From: Candidatus Latescibacterota bacterium | GTDB taxonomy: Bacteria; Latescibacterota; UBA2968 | NCBI GenBank assembly: GCA_965116885.1 | Contig: OZ220741.1 | Span: forward strand, 2,208,001-2,272,000 | Direction: 5' to 3' | Length of the DNA stretch: 64,000 bases | Shown: one piece after another, positions 47,700-57,439 of the stretch | Layout: each line of letters opens with the position of its first letter | Numbering within the stretch: the first letter of the stretch is position 1 | Notes under the pieces: generated by a model | Seen by the model: the letters and a program-made list of their open reading frames with translations, nothing else | Database searches by the model: none | What the model was told of the DNA's origin: nothing | Position numbers and translations under genes: made by a program

Positions 47700-49484
47700 T
47701 TACTGACTTGAGGGTCTTTCATTGGTCGTCCAGCCGGCCAACCAATTTCTCAGGGGATCAACGCCGCCGATAAAGTTGACAGGTGTAAAAAATCCATCGT
47801 CGGGTGGCGAAGCCACAGGCACTGTGCCGTCAACAGCAGGAGAAGTAGTTGCGGGTGTGAAGTCGGGTGTAGATGTACTGTAGGGTGCCATGAGCATGGG
47901 ATCGATTTCAGCGTTGTTGAAAGATGGCATTCTCGCCCAGGCCGCTTCTTCAATGTCATCACTATCGACTTCAAAGTTACCCGGCACCTTCTCGCCTTCA
48001 GCCGCACCATCAACCTTGTTGTTGTAGAAGATGGTGTTCTGTACCGACAATTCGCCACTGTTGGCCAGTTGAATTGAGGAGCCAGTATCAATGTCCAACC
48101 CACCCTTGTTGAAGCCAATTACGATGAAGTTGCGCAAGGTGGCTGCTGTGCCTTCGCGCAGCAAGAGGCCCGTGTCTGATTCGGGACCATTGGGATCGCC
48201 GACCAGGGTTACGTTGTAGATGGTGGGATTGGATCTTGGCATGGCTTCGTTGTTGTCGCCTTCGTTGTCAGATTCGAAGCCGTTGTCTGCGTCATCGCCG
48301 CGCTGTTGTGCGACCCAGAACTGACCTTTGCCCGTCCATCCGTCTGTCCAGTCGAAGGAATCATCGCGGATGCCGGTGCAGTAGAGGTGTTTGGCATTGA
48401 CTGTGCCCCCGAAGAACTCGATGCCGTCGTCCTGATTGTAGTGAACCTGTACATAGTCAACGACTGTGCCAGAGCCGACGCCCTGGAAAGCGATGCCGTT
48501 GAGTTCGTTGTCTGGTGAAAATTCGATGCCGGCGAACTCGACGCGTACATAGCGCAGGATGCCCGAGTTGTCCTCTGGGTCAGAGCCGCCGTATGATCCC
48601 GTGTCGCCTTCGCCTTGTGCGACAGCACCTGTGTTGACGGGTGCGCGGCCGTTGATGATGAGACCGCCCCACTGTCCGCGGTCACGCTGGTCTTCTAATG
48701 CGTCAGAGGTGAAGACGATGGGTCTGTCAGCGCGGCCATTGGCGATGAGTTTTCCGCCCTGGGCGACGATGAGTGCGCCGTTTGTCGCACCTTCACCGAA
48801 GAGGGTCGTGCCAGGCTCAATGGTGAGTGTGGCACCGTCTTGTACGAAGACCGCGCCGGATAGGAGGTAGTATTTGTCAGATGTGAGGAGGCGACCAGAG
48901 GTGATCATGCCTGTGAGGATTTCGGGCATACCAGATGCCATGCCCGAAGGTGTGGTCATTGCCGTAGCGGCTGAACCCGGTGCCGAGGGACCTGTAGCAC
49001 TGATGACTACAATGCGATAAGCATAGTCGGTTCCGGGAACCAGATCTGTATCTGTATAACTCGTACTTGTCACATTTTCGGCAACGGTTGTGAAGTCGGG
49101 CAAACCCTGCATCCTGCGCTCTACATTATAACCTGTTGCATCAGCAATGGCTGCCCAACTCACGGCAATGGACATGTTGCTTTCTACGGCGAGTGTAGGG
49201 GTAAGACCTGCAGGGGTTATCCCGGATGATTGCCCGAAAACGGATACAAACTGGAGAAAGTCGGGAAATTCAATCGTTCCATTGCCATCAAAATCCATTC
49301 TGCCATCAAAATCTGGGTCTGCTGAATTCTTGTTGAAAACAGAGACAAATAGGAGAAAATCGTTAAAGTCAACTGTTCCGTCGCCATTAAAGTCAGCGCG
49401 TGCCGGGTCTGTTTGTGCATGAGCAAAACCCGCCAGACCATAAGTCAATCCCAGAACGAGGCATACGCGGAAAAAACGTCTCAC
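47700..49484 (-). CDS. Secreted protein: EF-hand/dockerin-like pair, FN3 and beta-helix domain of the type found next to TonB-dependent receptors
   Basis: Signal AHA-Q; DFNGDGTVDFNDFLLF, DFDGNGTIEFPDFLQF; FN3 (VSW..YNVER..YTDTDLVPGTDYAYRI); LTIEPGT, WGGLIING, LRYVRVEFAG, DDGIEFFGG. Confidence 0.8.
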   Translation of the reverse strand: MRRFFRVCLVLGLTYGLAGFAHAQTDPARADFNGDGTVDFNDFLLFVSVFNKNSADPDFDGRMDFDGNGTIEFPDFLQFVSVFGQSSGITPAGLTPTLAVESNMSIAVSWAAIADATGYNVERRMQGLPDFTTVAENVTSTSYTDTDLVPGTDYAYRIVVISATGPSAPGSAATAMTTPSGMASGMPEILTGMITSGRLLTSDKYYLLSGAVFVQDGATLTIEPGTTLFGEGATNGALIVAQGGKLIANGRADRPIVFTSDALEDQRDRGQWGGLIINGRAPVNTGAVAQGEGDTGSYGGSDPEDNSGILRYVRVEFAGIEFSPDNELNGIAFQGVGSGTVVDYVQVHYNQDDGIEFFGGTVNAKHLYCTGIRDDSFDWTDGWTGKGQFWVAQQRGDDADNGFESDNEGDNNEAMPRSNPTIYNVTLVGDPNGPESDTGLLLREGTAATLRNFIVIGFNKGGLDIDTGSSIQLANSGELSVQNTIFYNNKVDGAAEGEKVPGNFEVDSDDIEEAAWARMPSFNNAEIDPMLMAPYSTSTPDFTPATTSPAVDGTVPVASPPDDGFFTPVNFIGGVDPLRNWLAGWTTNERPSSQ

Positions 49485-49789
49485 AAGTGTGTCCTTTCAT
49501 TTTGAGTGATGAGCCTGTGCAGATCGGATATTGACGATGTACAGTATATAGACAGGAATAGGGGCTATTCTGTCTTATTGTCTATCGCCAGGTTAATGAT
49601 TGTGTTCGATGGCGCCCGCGACTACGCCATCTGCGATGATCTGCTCTGGCCCGATGGTGTAAATTCTTAAAAAGCAACCACAGGCCTGTCCCTGTGAAAA
49701 CAGGGATAGACACCGATGGTTGTGGGTTCTTGCTTATCTCAAAATATGTACAAAAAATCCGTCTGTGTGCATCTGTGTAAAACGCTCAA

Positions 49790-49822
49790 ATGAACTGGCC
49801 TGACACCAGTTGTACACCGCTC
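49790..49822. repeat. Dispersed REP-like hairpin, copy 3
   Basis: ATGAACTGGCCTGACACCAGTTGTACACCG. Confidence 0.55.
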
Positions 49823-49841
49823 GCTCGCGTTTTTTCTGTGG

Positions 49842-52640
49842 TTAGTATTCATAACTTATGCCAAGTGAGAAGGAACGCCCCATCTTGTATTCCCGGAAAA
49901 CGCCTTCCTTTTGCTTAAAGAGTACTTTGCTATCGAGCAAGTTTTTCGTCGAGACCTTCAATGCGAAGTGACCGAACTTTTTCTTTATATTAAAGTCGAG
50001 TTGATGCCGGGGTTGTTCAAAGACATCGGGCAATCCCTGTGCGCCTACTTCGCTGATCCGCCTGCCAAATACGTTGTAGAGCAGGTTGGCTTGAAAATCC
50101 CGATCGGGTTTGTCGTAGCCGAGGGTTACGTTGACTGCGTAAGGAGATTGGCCCTGAAGCGCGCGTTCGTTGGAGGTCTGCACACCAATGTCGGGATTGA
50201 TTTCAATCTGCGATTTGACCAGCGTGACGTTGGTGTTGATAGATAGCGGCTCGAGTGATGGAGACAGCGCGTCGAGGCGTCGCCGAAATTCAAATTCGAC
50301 ACCGTAATTCGTTGCAGCTTTGGCATTTTGAAATGTGACACTGAGTTGTGCGGTGGGGCGAATGATTTGCTCGATGGGATCGTGAAATTTTTTGTAGAAT
50401 GCACTGATCGCCACGAGTTCGCCCAGGCGGGGGAACATTTCGAATCGAAAATCAAAATTGTCGATGGAACCGCGCTGGAGTTCGGGATTGCCAGAAACTG
50501 CCCGCCCGCCGATAAAGTCCGTAAATTCAAAAGGTGCGAGTTCTCGGAAATCCGGACGCGCCAATGTGCGCGAATAAGCTGTGCGGAAATTGGTGCGGTC
50601 ATTTAGTTTATAGACCAGATTGAGTCCGGGCAGGATATCTGTGTTGTCCAGGGTCACGTCAATAGGATCAACAGTGGTGCTAAAAGGATTAAAGGATGTA
50701 AGTTCCTGTTTGGATTGCTCAACGCGTAGTCCTCCCACAAAACGCCATTGGCCCGAGAGCTGAAGGTCGGTCATTGCGTAGGCTGCCCAGGTTTTTTGGG
50801 AGGCACTGTAGTTATCGACATTGCGGGTGGTTTCGCGCAGTTCAAATCGACCGGGCGCGATATTGTCTGAAATAAAAATTTCCTCGGGATCGAGTGTCAG
50901 ATCAACGTGTCGCTGGATGCCACTGGATTGCTCAAAGCGAAAGCGGCGGGCATCAAAGGTGCGGTCTTTGGAGAGGGTTTTGCCGCCCAGTTTAATTTTA
51001 GAAGAGAGGCTATTAAAACCCGTAAAGGGAATTGTCCAATCGATTTTGCCGCTTTGGGCATTGTCAACGAGGTCAAAGAAGAAGCGGCTGCCGCTTTGCG
51101 TGATGTCAAAAAAGGTCCAGTCACCATTGCGGTCTTCGTAGAGTACTTCGCGGTTATCGGGTTCGTCGCGCGTGGCTTTGGATAGACTGTATAGCCAATC
51201 GATATTGGAATTGAGAAGCCATCCAAAGTGATGCTCTCCAGACAGTTGGCCCGTGAAAATACCGCGTTCGACAAATCGCAAGCGGAAGTCGCGCAGGTCA
51301 GTGCCCCGGTCAGAATTGTAACCGGTGTACGTGCGTGCTTCGTTGTCGGTGTTGCGATTAAAGAGGGTTTTTAAGCTGATTTTGTGGAGCGGTGACAATC
51401 GCAGGCTGCTGTTGAACAATAGCCCCCACAGGATATTGTTGGTCGTGCTGTTTACGGTATATGTGGTAAAAGGCGTGAGCACTTGTTCGCCCGATGCGTC
51501 AGCAGTTATGCGGAAGGAGCTCCAGTTTTCGCTTCTGTTGTTGAAGCTGTTGTCATAAGTAAATGAGAAGACGTAGCCGAGTTCTCGCTCGCCTTCGCCA
51601 ATGGCATTGCCAATGCTGATGCTATAACCTTGATTGACCGGAGCAGTTTTGGTTCTGGGCTGCCACACGTTGGCAAAAGCCTGTCCAAATTGCTGAATCT
51701 CCTGGGTGGAAAATCCGATTTCTGGCGTAAAACGCCCACTTTTACGCACTGGTTCCTCAGCGGCCTGAGTTTTGATCATTTTGGGCAGGGCACGCGTGCC
51801 GTCGTCAACACCCAAAAAGTCCCAGGAGCCTCCATCGTAGGTCTGGATATCTTTGAAACTGGTTTGGCTGTGATATCCGGCTGATGTCGAAACCGAAAGC
51901 GTAAATTTGCTGGGAAAGTCTCGGGTTTTGATTTGTACGGAGCCGCCTGAAAAATCTCCTGGTTGATCGGGGGAGAAGGTTTTGGATACCTGGATATTTT
52001 CGAGCAGGCCTGCGGGGAAGATGTCCATGGGGACAACGCGCTTATTTGGCTCGGGGCTGGGAATATCTGCGCCATTGACTTGCGTGTTGCTGTAGCGTTC
52101 GCCCAGGCCGCGCACGTACACGTATTTGTCACCCACAACTGTGATACCGGTTACGCGCTTGAGTGCATCGCCCGCATCGGAAGACGCGGCGCGGCTCATC
52201 AATTCGGCGCTGATGCCGTCCGTGACCACAGGTGCTTTTTGCTGGATGCCCAGCATCGAGACTTCGCTGTCCTGTACGGCTCTGGCTGTGACGACAATTT
52301 CATCGGCCTGCATGGCCTCGGGCGGCAGTGAAACACTGAGTGCTGTGGGTTCGTCGGTTTTGACCTCGACGCCTGTGACTGTTTTTGTGGTATAAGAGAT
52401 ATAGCTAAATTCGACATTGTGCGTGCCTATTGGCGCAGTGAGGGCAAAGCGACCGTCGAGGTCGGTAGAGGTGCCATATACAGGCATACCCGTTTCATCT
52501 TTGATGACGATATTGGTGCCAATGAGCGGTTCACCGGTTTCTGCATCCACGACGATGCCCTGAATTTTGCCCATGTCCTGTGCATGGATTGAAATGCCTG
52601 TGAAGGCAAAGGCAAACAAGAGCAATAACATTCTTTTCAT
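49842..52640 (-). CDS. TonB-dependent receptor with N-terminal carboxypeptidase-regulatory-like domain
   Basis: DAETGEPLIG, plug YVYVRGLGERY, ARPDFRELAPF, barrel C-terminus SLGISYEY. Confidence 0.93.
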   Translation of the reverse strand: MKRMLLLLFAFAFTGISIHAQDMGKIQGIVVDAETGEPLIGTNIVIKDETGMPVYGTSTDLDGRFALTAPIGTHNVEFSYISYTTKTVTGVEVKTDEPTALSVSLPPEAMQADEIVVTARAVQDSEVSMLGIQQKAPVVTDGISAELMSRAASSDAGDALKRVTGITVVGDKYVYVRGLGERYSNTQVNGADIPSPEPNKRVVPMDIFPAGLLENIQVSKTFSPDQPGDFSGGSVQIKTRDFPSKFTLSVSTSAGYHSQTSFKDIQTYDGGSWDFLGVDDGTRALPKMIKTQAAEEPVRKSGRFTPEIGFSTQEIQQFGQAFANVWQPRTKTAPVNQGYSISIGNAIGEGERELGYVFSFTYDNSFNNRSENWSSFRITADASGEQVLTPFTTYTVNSTTNNILWGLLFNSSLRLSPLHKISLKTLFNRNTDNEARTYTGYNSDRGTDLRDFRLRFVERGIFTGQLSGEHHFGWLLNSNIDWLYSLSKATRDEPDNREVLYEDRNGDWTFFDITQSGSRFFFDLVDNAQSGKIDWTIPFTGFNSLSSKIKLGGKTLSKDRTFDARRFRFEQSSGIQRHVDLTLDPEEIFISDNIAPGRFELRETTRNVDNYSASQKTWAAYAMTDLQLSGQWRFVGGLRVEQSKQELTSFNPFSTTVDPIDVTLDNTDILPGLNLVYKLNDRTNFRTAYSRTLARPDFRELAPFEFTDFIGGRAVSGNPELQRGSIDNFDFRFEMFPRLGELVAISAFYKKFHDPIEQIIRPTAQLSVTFQNAKAATNYGVEFEFRRRLDALSPSLEPLSINTNVTLVKSQIEINPDIGVQTSNERALQGQSPYAVNVTLGYDKPDRDFQANLLYNVFGRRISEVGAQGLPDVFEQPRHQLDFNIKKKFGHFALKVSTKNLLDSKVLFKQKEGVFREYKMGRSFSLGISYEY

Positions 52641-52741
52641 GCGACGTATCCTTTCGGCGTGTGTAAATAATTGTTCCGCGACAGGAGTTGAGCACCCCTA
52701 CACAATTGCGTGCGAATTTAGTTTGACCATGTTGAGTTCGA

Positions 52742-52769
52742 GTTACAAATGAGTTACGATTTTGTGACA
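52742..52769 (-). promoter_or_regulatory. Pho-box-like array upstream of the TonB receptor
   Basis: Minus-strand TGTCAC / CGTAAC / TGTAAC at exact 11-bp period. Confidence 0.7.
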
Positions 52770-52880
52770 ACGCAATGATCCCTGTTCCCTTTTCTTTTCA
52801 GAAGAGGGTTAGAGACATGTCGAGGTCAGAAGTTTGAATTCGTGGGAAAAACCTCTTGAGGCTGGAGGAAAGAGGGTGCT

Positions 52881-52941
52881 TGTAACACAACTGTCACAAT
52901 TCTGTGACCGAACCGTAACGGTTTTGTAGGTAATTTGTAAC
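52881..52941 (+). promoter_or_regulatory. Six-unit Pho-box-like array upstream of porin-pst
   Basis: TGTAAC, TGTCAC, TGTGAC, CGTAAC, TGTAGG, TGTAAC at 52881, 52892, 52903, 52914, 52925, 52936. Confidence 0.8.
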
Positions 52942-53000
52942 ACTATGGCGATGTCTTGTCGCGGAGAACGTCGTTTATCCGCTAATTCGGAGGGGAGTAC

Positions 53001-53954
53001 ATGCGCATTTGTAAAGCAATCTGGGGAATACTGTTGTGTTTGGGTTTTGTATTGGCGGGACGGGGTGAAGCTGTAGATACTGAGCTCAAGGGTGTTATGT
53101 TTGCCGATTATTATATCGTCAGCGGAAATGGAAAAGAAGAGAATGGCTTTCGGTTTCGACGCATTTATCTCACCCATGATCTGAGGTGGAACGACGCATT
53201 CTCTGGACGGGTTCGGCTGGAAGCCAGGGATGCGGGATTTAATAGTGGGAAAAAAATGGAACCTTTTGTAAAGCACGCGTATTTGCGCTATCGCAAAGAT
53301 CGCCACGCGATCTATATGGGGCTGTCGAGTACGCTAACGTGGAATGTATCGGAGTCTGTTTGGGGTTATCGCTCGGTCGAGAAGACCATCATGGATCGAA
53401 AAAAAATTGCCTCGTCGGCCGATATAGGCATTGCATATTACACGCGATTGGATGAAGATGGAAAGGTGAATGCCCGGCTTATGCTGGCCAATGGCAGCGG
53501 GCAAAGTTCTGAGGCAGATAAATACAAGAAAGTTTACGGGTTGTTGCACTTTGAGCCAGGCCCACTGAATTTGACGGCTTATGTAGATTGGGAAAAACGC
53601 CCAGATAATCGAGGTCGCACGACTTTTGCTACGTTTATCGGGTTAAAAAAGAAAATTTTCCACGGTGGTTTGGAAGGCTTTGTGCAATGGCGCAACCATT
53701 CCGCACAGGTGCGGGGGCTTTCACTGTTTGGCGCAGGACAGATTAGCGAGAAGATAAAGGTGTTTGCTCGCAGCGATTTCTTCGATCCAGACGATAAGTC
53801 TGGCGACGATGGGGAATATTGGTTTCTCGGGGGGCTTGATATTGAGCCGGTAAAGGATATTCACATTATGCCCAATGTGATGGGCACAAGTTTTCAGGCT
53901 CCAGATGTAGATATGGAAGTGATTCCACGGCTGACGCTATATGTTAAGTTTTGA
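53001..53954 (+). CDS. Outer-membrane porin, probably phosphate-selective
   Basis: Signal peptide, FRFRRIYL, FVKHAYL, amphipathic strands, C-terminal YVKF; lies upstream of pstS. Confidence 0.75.
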   Translation: MRICKAIWGILLCLGFVLAGRGEAVDTELKGVMFADYYIVSGNGKEENGFRFRRIYLTHDLRWNDAFSGRVRLEARDAGFNSGKKMEPFVKHAYLRYRKDRHAIYMGLSSTLTWNVSESVWGYRSVEKTIMDRKKIASSADIGIAYYTRLDEDGKVNARLMLANGSGQSSEADKYKKVYGLLHFEPGPLNLTAYVDWEKRPDNRGRTTFATFIGLKKKIFHGGLEGFVQWRNHSAQVRGLSLFGAGQISEKIKVFARSDFFDPDDKSGDDGEYWFLGGLDIEPVKDIHIMPNVMGTSFQAPDVDMEVIPRLTLYVKF

Positions 53955-53962
53955 GCAGGGGT

Positions 53963-54001
53963 TATCACATGAATGTCGTGCTTTCGTCACACAGTTGTAA
54001 C
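53963..54001 (+). promoter_or_regulatory. Pho-box-like array upstream of pstS
   Basis: TATCAC, TGTCGT, CGTCAC, TGTAAC at 11-bp period. Confidence 0.7.
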
Positions 54002-54079
54002 GCGATACAGGTTTATTTTTCACATCCTGTGACACTGCAATACTACGTCTTGCAAGTCGCCTAACAGAAGGGAGATTGA

Positions 54080-55039
54080 ATGACCAAATTTATTTGTACG
54101 ATTGCATGTATGGCTGTTTTGATACCGGCTGCGGCTCAGGCACAACAAGAGTCGCCTGTTTCCGCGTATCAAAAAGTGAGTGGGGTTTCCGGAAGTGCCA
54201 ACAGCATTGGGTCAGATACGATGAACAATTTGATGACGCTGTGGCTGGAGGGGTTCCGCAAGTACTATCCCAATGTAACGATTCAGGTTGAGGGCAAGGG
54301 GTCGAGTACTGCGCCTCCTGCGCTGATTGAGGGGACTGCACAATTCGGGCCGATGTCGCGTCCGATGAAGGCTTCGGAAATTGATAAATTTGAAAAGCAT
54401 TTTGGATATCCGCCAACATTGTTGCGCACCTCGCTGGATGCACTGGCTGTTTTTGTCAATAAAGACAATCCCATAAAAGGGTTGACTTTGCAGCAGGTAG
54501 ATGCGATTTTTTCCAAGACGCGACGCGGTGAGTACAGAGAAAATATTGCGAGATGGGGGCAGTTGGGTTTGGATGGCGATTGGAAAAATGCCGCATTCAG
54601 CCTTTACGGGCGCAATTCCGCGTCGGGCACTTATGGGTTTTTCAAAGATCACGCGTTGTTTAAGGGCGATTTTAAAGATGAAGTAAAAGAGCAGCCCGGG
54701 TCTGCTTCGGTTGTGCAGGGCGTGGCCGAAGACAGGTACAGCATGGGTTATAGTGGCATTGGTTACAAGACCTCTGGTGTGCGTGTCGTACCTCTGGCGC
54801 TGGAAACAGGCGAACCCTTTAGAGAGGGCACGATCGAAAATGTGATAGATGGGTCTTATCCCCTGGGGCGTTTTTTGTATTTGTACATCAACAAAGCACC
54901 CCATAAATCTCTCGATCCACTTGTGAGAGAATTTTGTAAGTTCATTTTTTCCAAAGAAGGGCAAGAGATTGTGGTAAAAGATGGCTATATGCCCGTGCCC
55001 TATCAGGTGGTTAAAGAGGAACTCGAAAAATTACAGTAG
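54080..55039 (+). CDS. pstS: Phosphate ABC transporter substrate-binding protein
   Basis: GSDTM, GKGSSTAP, PMSR, GRNSASGTYGFF, YSGIGY. Confidence 0.96.
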   Translation: MTKFICTIACMAVLIPAAAQAQQESPVSAYQKVSGVSGSANSIGSDTMNNLMTLWLEGFRKYYPNVTIQVEGKGSSTAPPALIEGTAQFGPMSRPMKASEIDKFEKHFGYPPTLLRTSLDALAVFVNKDNPIKGLTLQQVDAIFSKTRRGEYRENIARWGQLGLDGDWKNAAFSLYGRNSASGTYGFFKDHALFKGDFKDEVKEQPGSASVVQGVAEDRYSMGYSGIGYKTSGVRVVPLALETGEPFREGTIENVIDGSYPLGRFLYLYINKAPHKSLDPLVREFCKFIFSKEGQEIVVKDGYMPVPYQVVKEELEKLQ

Positions 55040-55063
55040 TTAGCCATTCAAATACCCAACTTC

Positions 55064-55169
55064 AAAGGTGAGACGTTAGACATTAGAGGGCTACACGGCT
55101 TCTATTTTAGAAGCGAGAGAAAGTCCCCCGTCCTTAGCCCCCAGCCTCTGTCTCTTACGTCTCACCTTT
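55064..55169. other. Long stem-loop between pstS and pstC
   Basis: AAAGGTGAGACGT..ACGTCTCACCTTT outer stem with inner AGACA/TGTCT and GGGCT/AGCCC. Confidence 0.7.
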
Positions 55170-55188
55170 TGCGTTTCACCTCCTTATT

Positions 55189-57429
55189 ATGGCACTTCCT
55201 ACAGAACCCACATCAAAGCGACAATTGCCCGGTATTACGCCAGGCGCGCGCCTGATGGACCGCGCTGGGCGGTGGATAATCACTGCTGGCGGCATCGGGG
55301 TGATCCTGTCGGTGCTGGGCATTTTCCTTTTTGTGTTGATGGAGTCCTATCCCCTGTTTTTGAAGCCGAGCGTGTCCAGGGTGCATACCTTTGATTTTTC
55401 GCACCGTCAGCCCGTCCTGTGTACGGGGGTTGATCCCTATCAGGCGGTGATGTTTGTCGTGCATGACTCGGGGATTGATTTTGTGGATATGACCACAAAG
55501 TCGGTGACAAAGTCCGTATCTATTCCCGAACTACAGGGACGGCGTATCCGGACAGCTTATCGCGCCCTGGATAATACGCATGTTGGTCTGGGCCTGGACG
55601 ACGGTACAATGCTGGGTTGCCGCGTGAATTTTGCCGTGGATTACGATGCGGAGGGAAAGCAGATTGTGACGCCGTCTTTTTCTGTTGAGTCGGCGATGGA
55701 TTTAACGGATGAAGCTCTTGTGCATCTCGTATTTCGGCACGATGGAAAATCCCGAGGTACAGTACTTGGCATTGCGGATTCCGGGCAGCTCGTTCTGGGA
55801 ATTTCCGACAGACAGCGCGGGCTTTTGGGCGGTGGCAAAACGACCATTCGCAGATATGATTTGACCGATGAGATCAAAGGGCGCGCCAGGGTGGGTGCTG
55901 TGGCGAAGTCGGGACGCTATGTTCTGGTGGGCACAGACCGCGGTGAAGTATTTCGATGGGAAATTGGACGTGCGGGTTCCAATCCCAGGCTGTTGGATTA
56001 TTTTCGGGTTTCCGATCAGGCGGTGTCTGCGCTGGATTTTGTGCTGGGTGATGTGTCGCTCGTCGTGGGTGATGTGGGTGGTCGCGTATCTGTCTGGATG
56101 CCGGTCAGGACGGGCGAGGGCGACAATAAAAAGATGTTCAAAAAGATCCACACTTTGCAGCCTCATCCGGCGGCGGTGACTGCACTGGCGTCGTCTGCTC
56201 GCGACAAACAGTTTTTATCGGGCGATGTATCGGGGATGGTCGCGTTGCATCACATGACATCGGAACAGACGTTTTTTCAATTGCCCGGTGATAGACCCAT
56301 TCAATCCCTGTCTTTTGCGCCAAAAGCAAATGGCTTTTTGACTGTGAGTAAGTCGGGACAGGTAACGGATTTCGGTCTTTACAATCCACATCCCGAAGTG
56401 ACGTTACAAACGCTTTTTGGCAAAGTGTGGTACGAGGGATATACGGAGCCTCAATACGTGTGGCAATCTACGGGCGGGTCCGATGATTTTGAACCCAAGC
56501 TTGGTATTGTACCTTTGATATTTGGCACATTTAAGGGTACACTTTACGCCATGTTATTCGCGCTGCCTCTATCTGTTCTGGCTGCGATTTACACATCGGA
56601 ATTTGCCTCTCCCAGCGTGCGTGGTGTGGTCAAACCCGTGGTGGAGTTGATGGCCTCGCTTCCCAGCGTGATTTTGGGCTTTTTGGCGGGTTTGTGGTTG
56701 GCACCGGTTCTGGAAACGAGAATCGTCGGAGCACTTTTACTGTTGCCCTGTGTGCCCATTGTCGTGGTGATATGCGCGTGGGCGTGGGGGCAGATGTCCG
56801 AAGATTTTGTGCGCAGAATACCGGATCACTGGATTTTAACTTTGCTGGCGGGCATCGCGTTGTTCGCGCTCTATCTGTCGTTCGCGCTCGGTCCGGTAGC
56901 CGAGTCGCTTTTGTTTGGCGGCAATTTTCAAAGCTGGTTGCTCGGCACAACGGGTACGCGCTATGATCAGCGCAATTGTCTCGTGGTGGGTTTTGCAATG
57001 GGATTTGCCGTGGTGCCCATTATTTACACGATTTGCGAAGATGCTCTGTCGAGTGTGCCGCAGCATCTGCGCGCGGGGTCACTCGCGCTTGGCGCAACGC
57101 CCTGGCAAACCGCTATCCGCGTGGTGTTGCCCACGGCGAGCCCGGGTATTTTTTCCGCGACTATGATTGGATTTGGCCGCGCTGTGGGCGAAACGATGAT
57201 TGTGTTGATGGCTACGGGCAATACGCCGATTCTGGACTGGACCATTTTTAATGGCATGCGCACGATGTCGGCCAATATCGCCGTGGAGATTCCCGAAGCA
57301 CCCCATGAAGGTACGCTTTATCGCGTGTTGTTTTTGACAGGGGTTTTGCTGGCGGCGATTACTTTTTTGGTGAATACACTGGCAGAAGTGGTGCGGCAGC
57401 GTTTGCGCGAGAAGTATAGCAGGATTTGA
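55189..57429 (+). CDS. pstC: Phosphate ABC permease PstC with large beta-propeller-like periplasmic domain
   Basis: KPVVELMASLPSV, EDALSSVP..SLALGATPWQT, GRAVGETMIV. Confidence 0.93.
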   Translation: MALPTEPTSKRQLPGITPGARLMDRAGRWIITAGGIGVILSVLGIFLFVLMESYPLFLKPSVSRVHTFDFSHRQPVLCTGVDPYQAVMFVVHDSGIDFVDMTTKSVTKSVSIPELQGRRIRTAYRALDNTHVGLGLDDGTMLGCRVNFAVDYDAEGKQIVTPSFSVESAMDLTDEALVHLVFRHDGKSRGTVLGIADSGQLVLGISDRQRGLLGGGKTTIRRYDLTDEIKGRARVGAVAKSGRYVLVGTDRGEVFRWEIGRAGSNPRLLDYFRVSDQAVSALDFVLGDVSLVVGDVGGRVSVWMPVRTGEGDNKKMFKKIHTLQPHPAAVTALASSARDKQFLSGDVSGMVALHHMTSEQTFFQLPGDRPIQSLSFAPKANGFLTVSKSGQVTDFGLYNPHPEVTLQTLFGKVWYEGYTEPQYVWQSTGGSDDFEPKLGIVPLIFGTFKGTLYAMLFALPLSVLAAIYTSEFASPSVRGVVKPVVELMASLPSVILGFLAGLWLAPVLETRIVGALLLLPCVPIVVVICAWAWGQMSEDFVRRIPDHWILTLLAGIALFALYLSFALGPVAESLLFGGNFQSWLLGTTGTRYDQRNCLVVGFAMGFAVVPIIYTICEDALSSVPQHLRAGSLALGATPWQTAIRVVLPTASPGIFSATMIGFGRAVGETMIVLMATGNTPILDWTIFNGMRTMSANIAVEIPEAPHEGTLYRVLFLTGVLLAAITFLVNTLAEVVRQRLREKYSRI

Positions 57430-57439
57430 TGCTCTGGAG

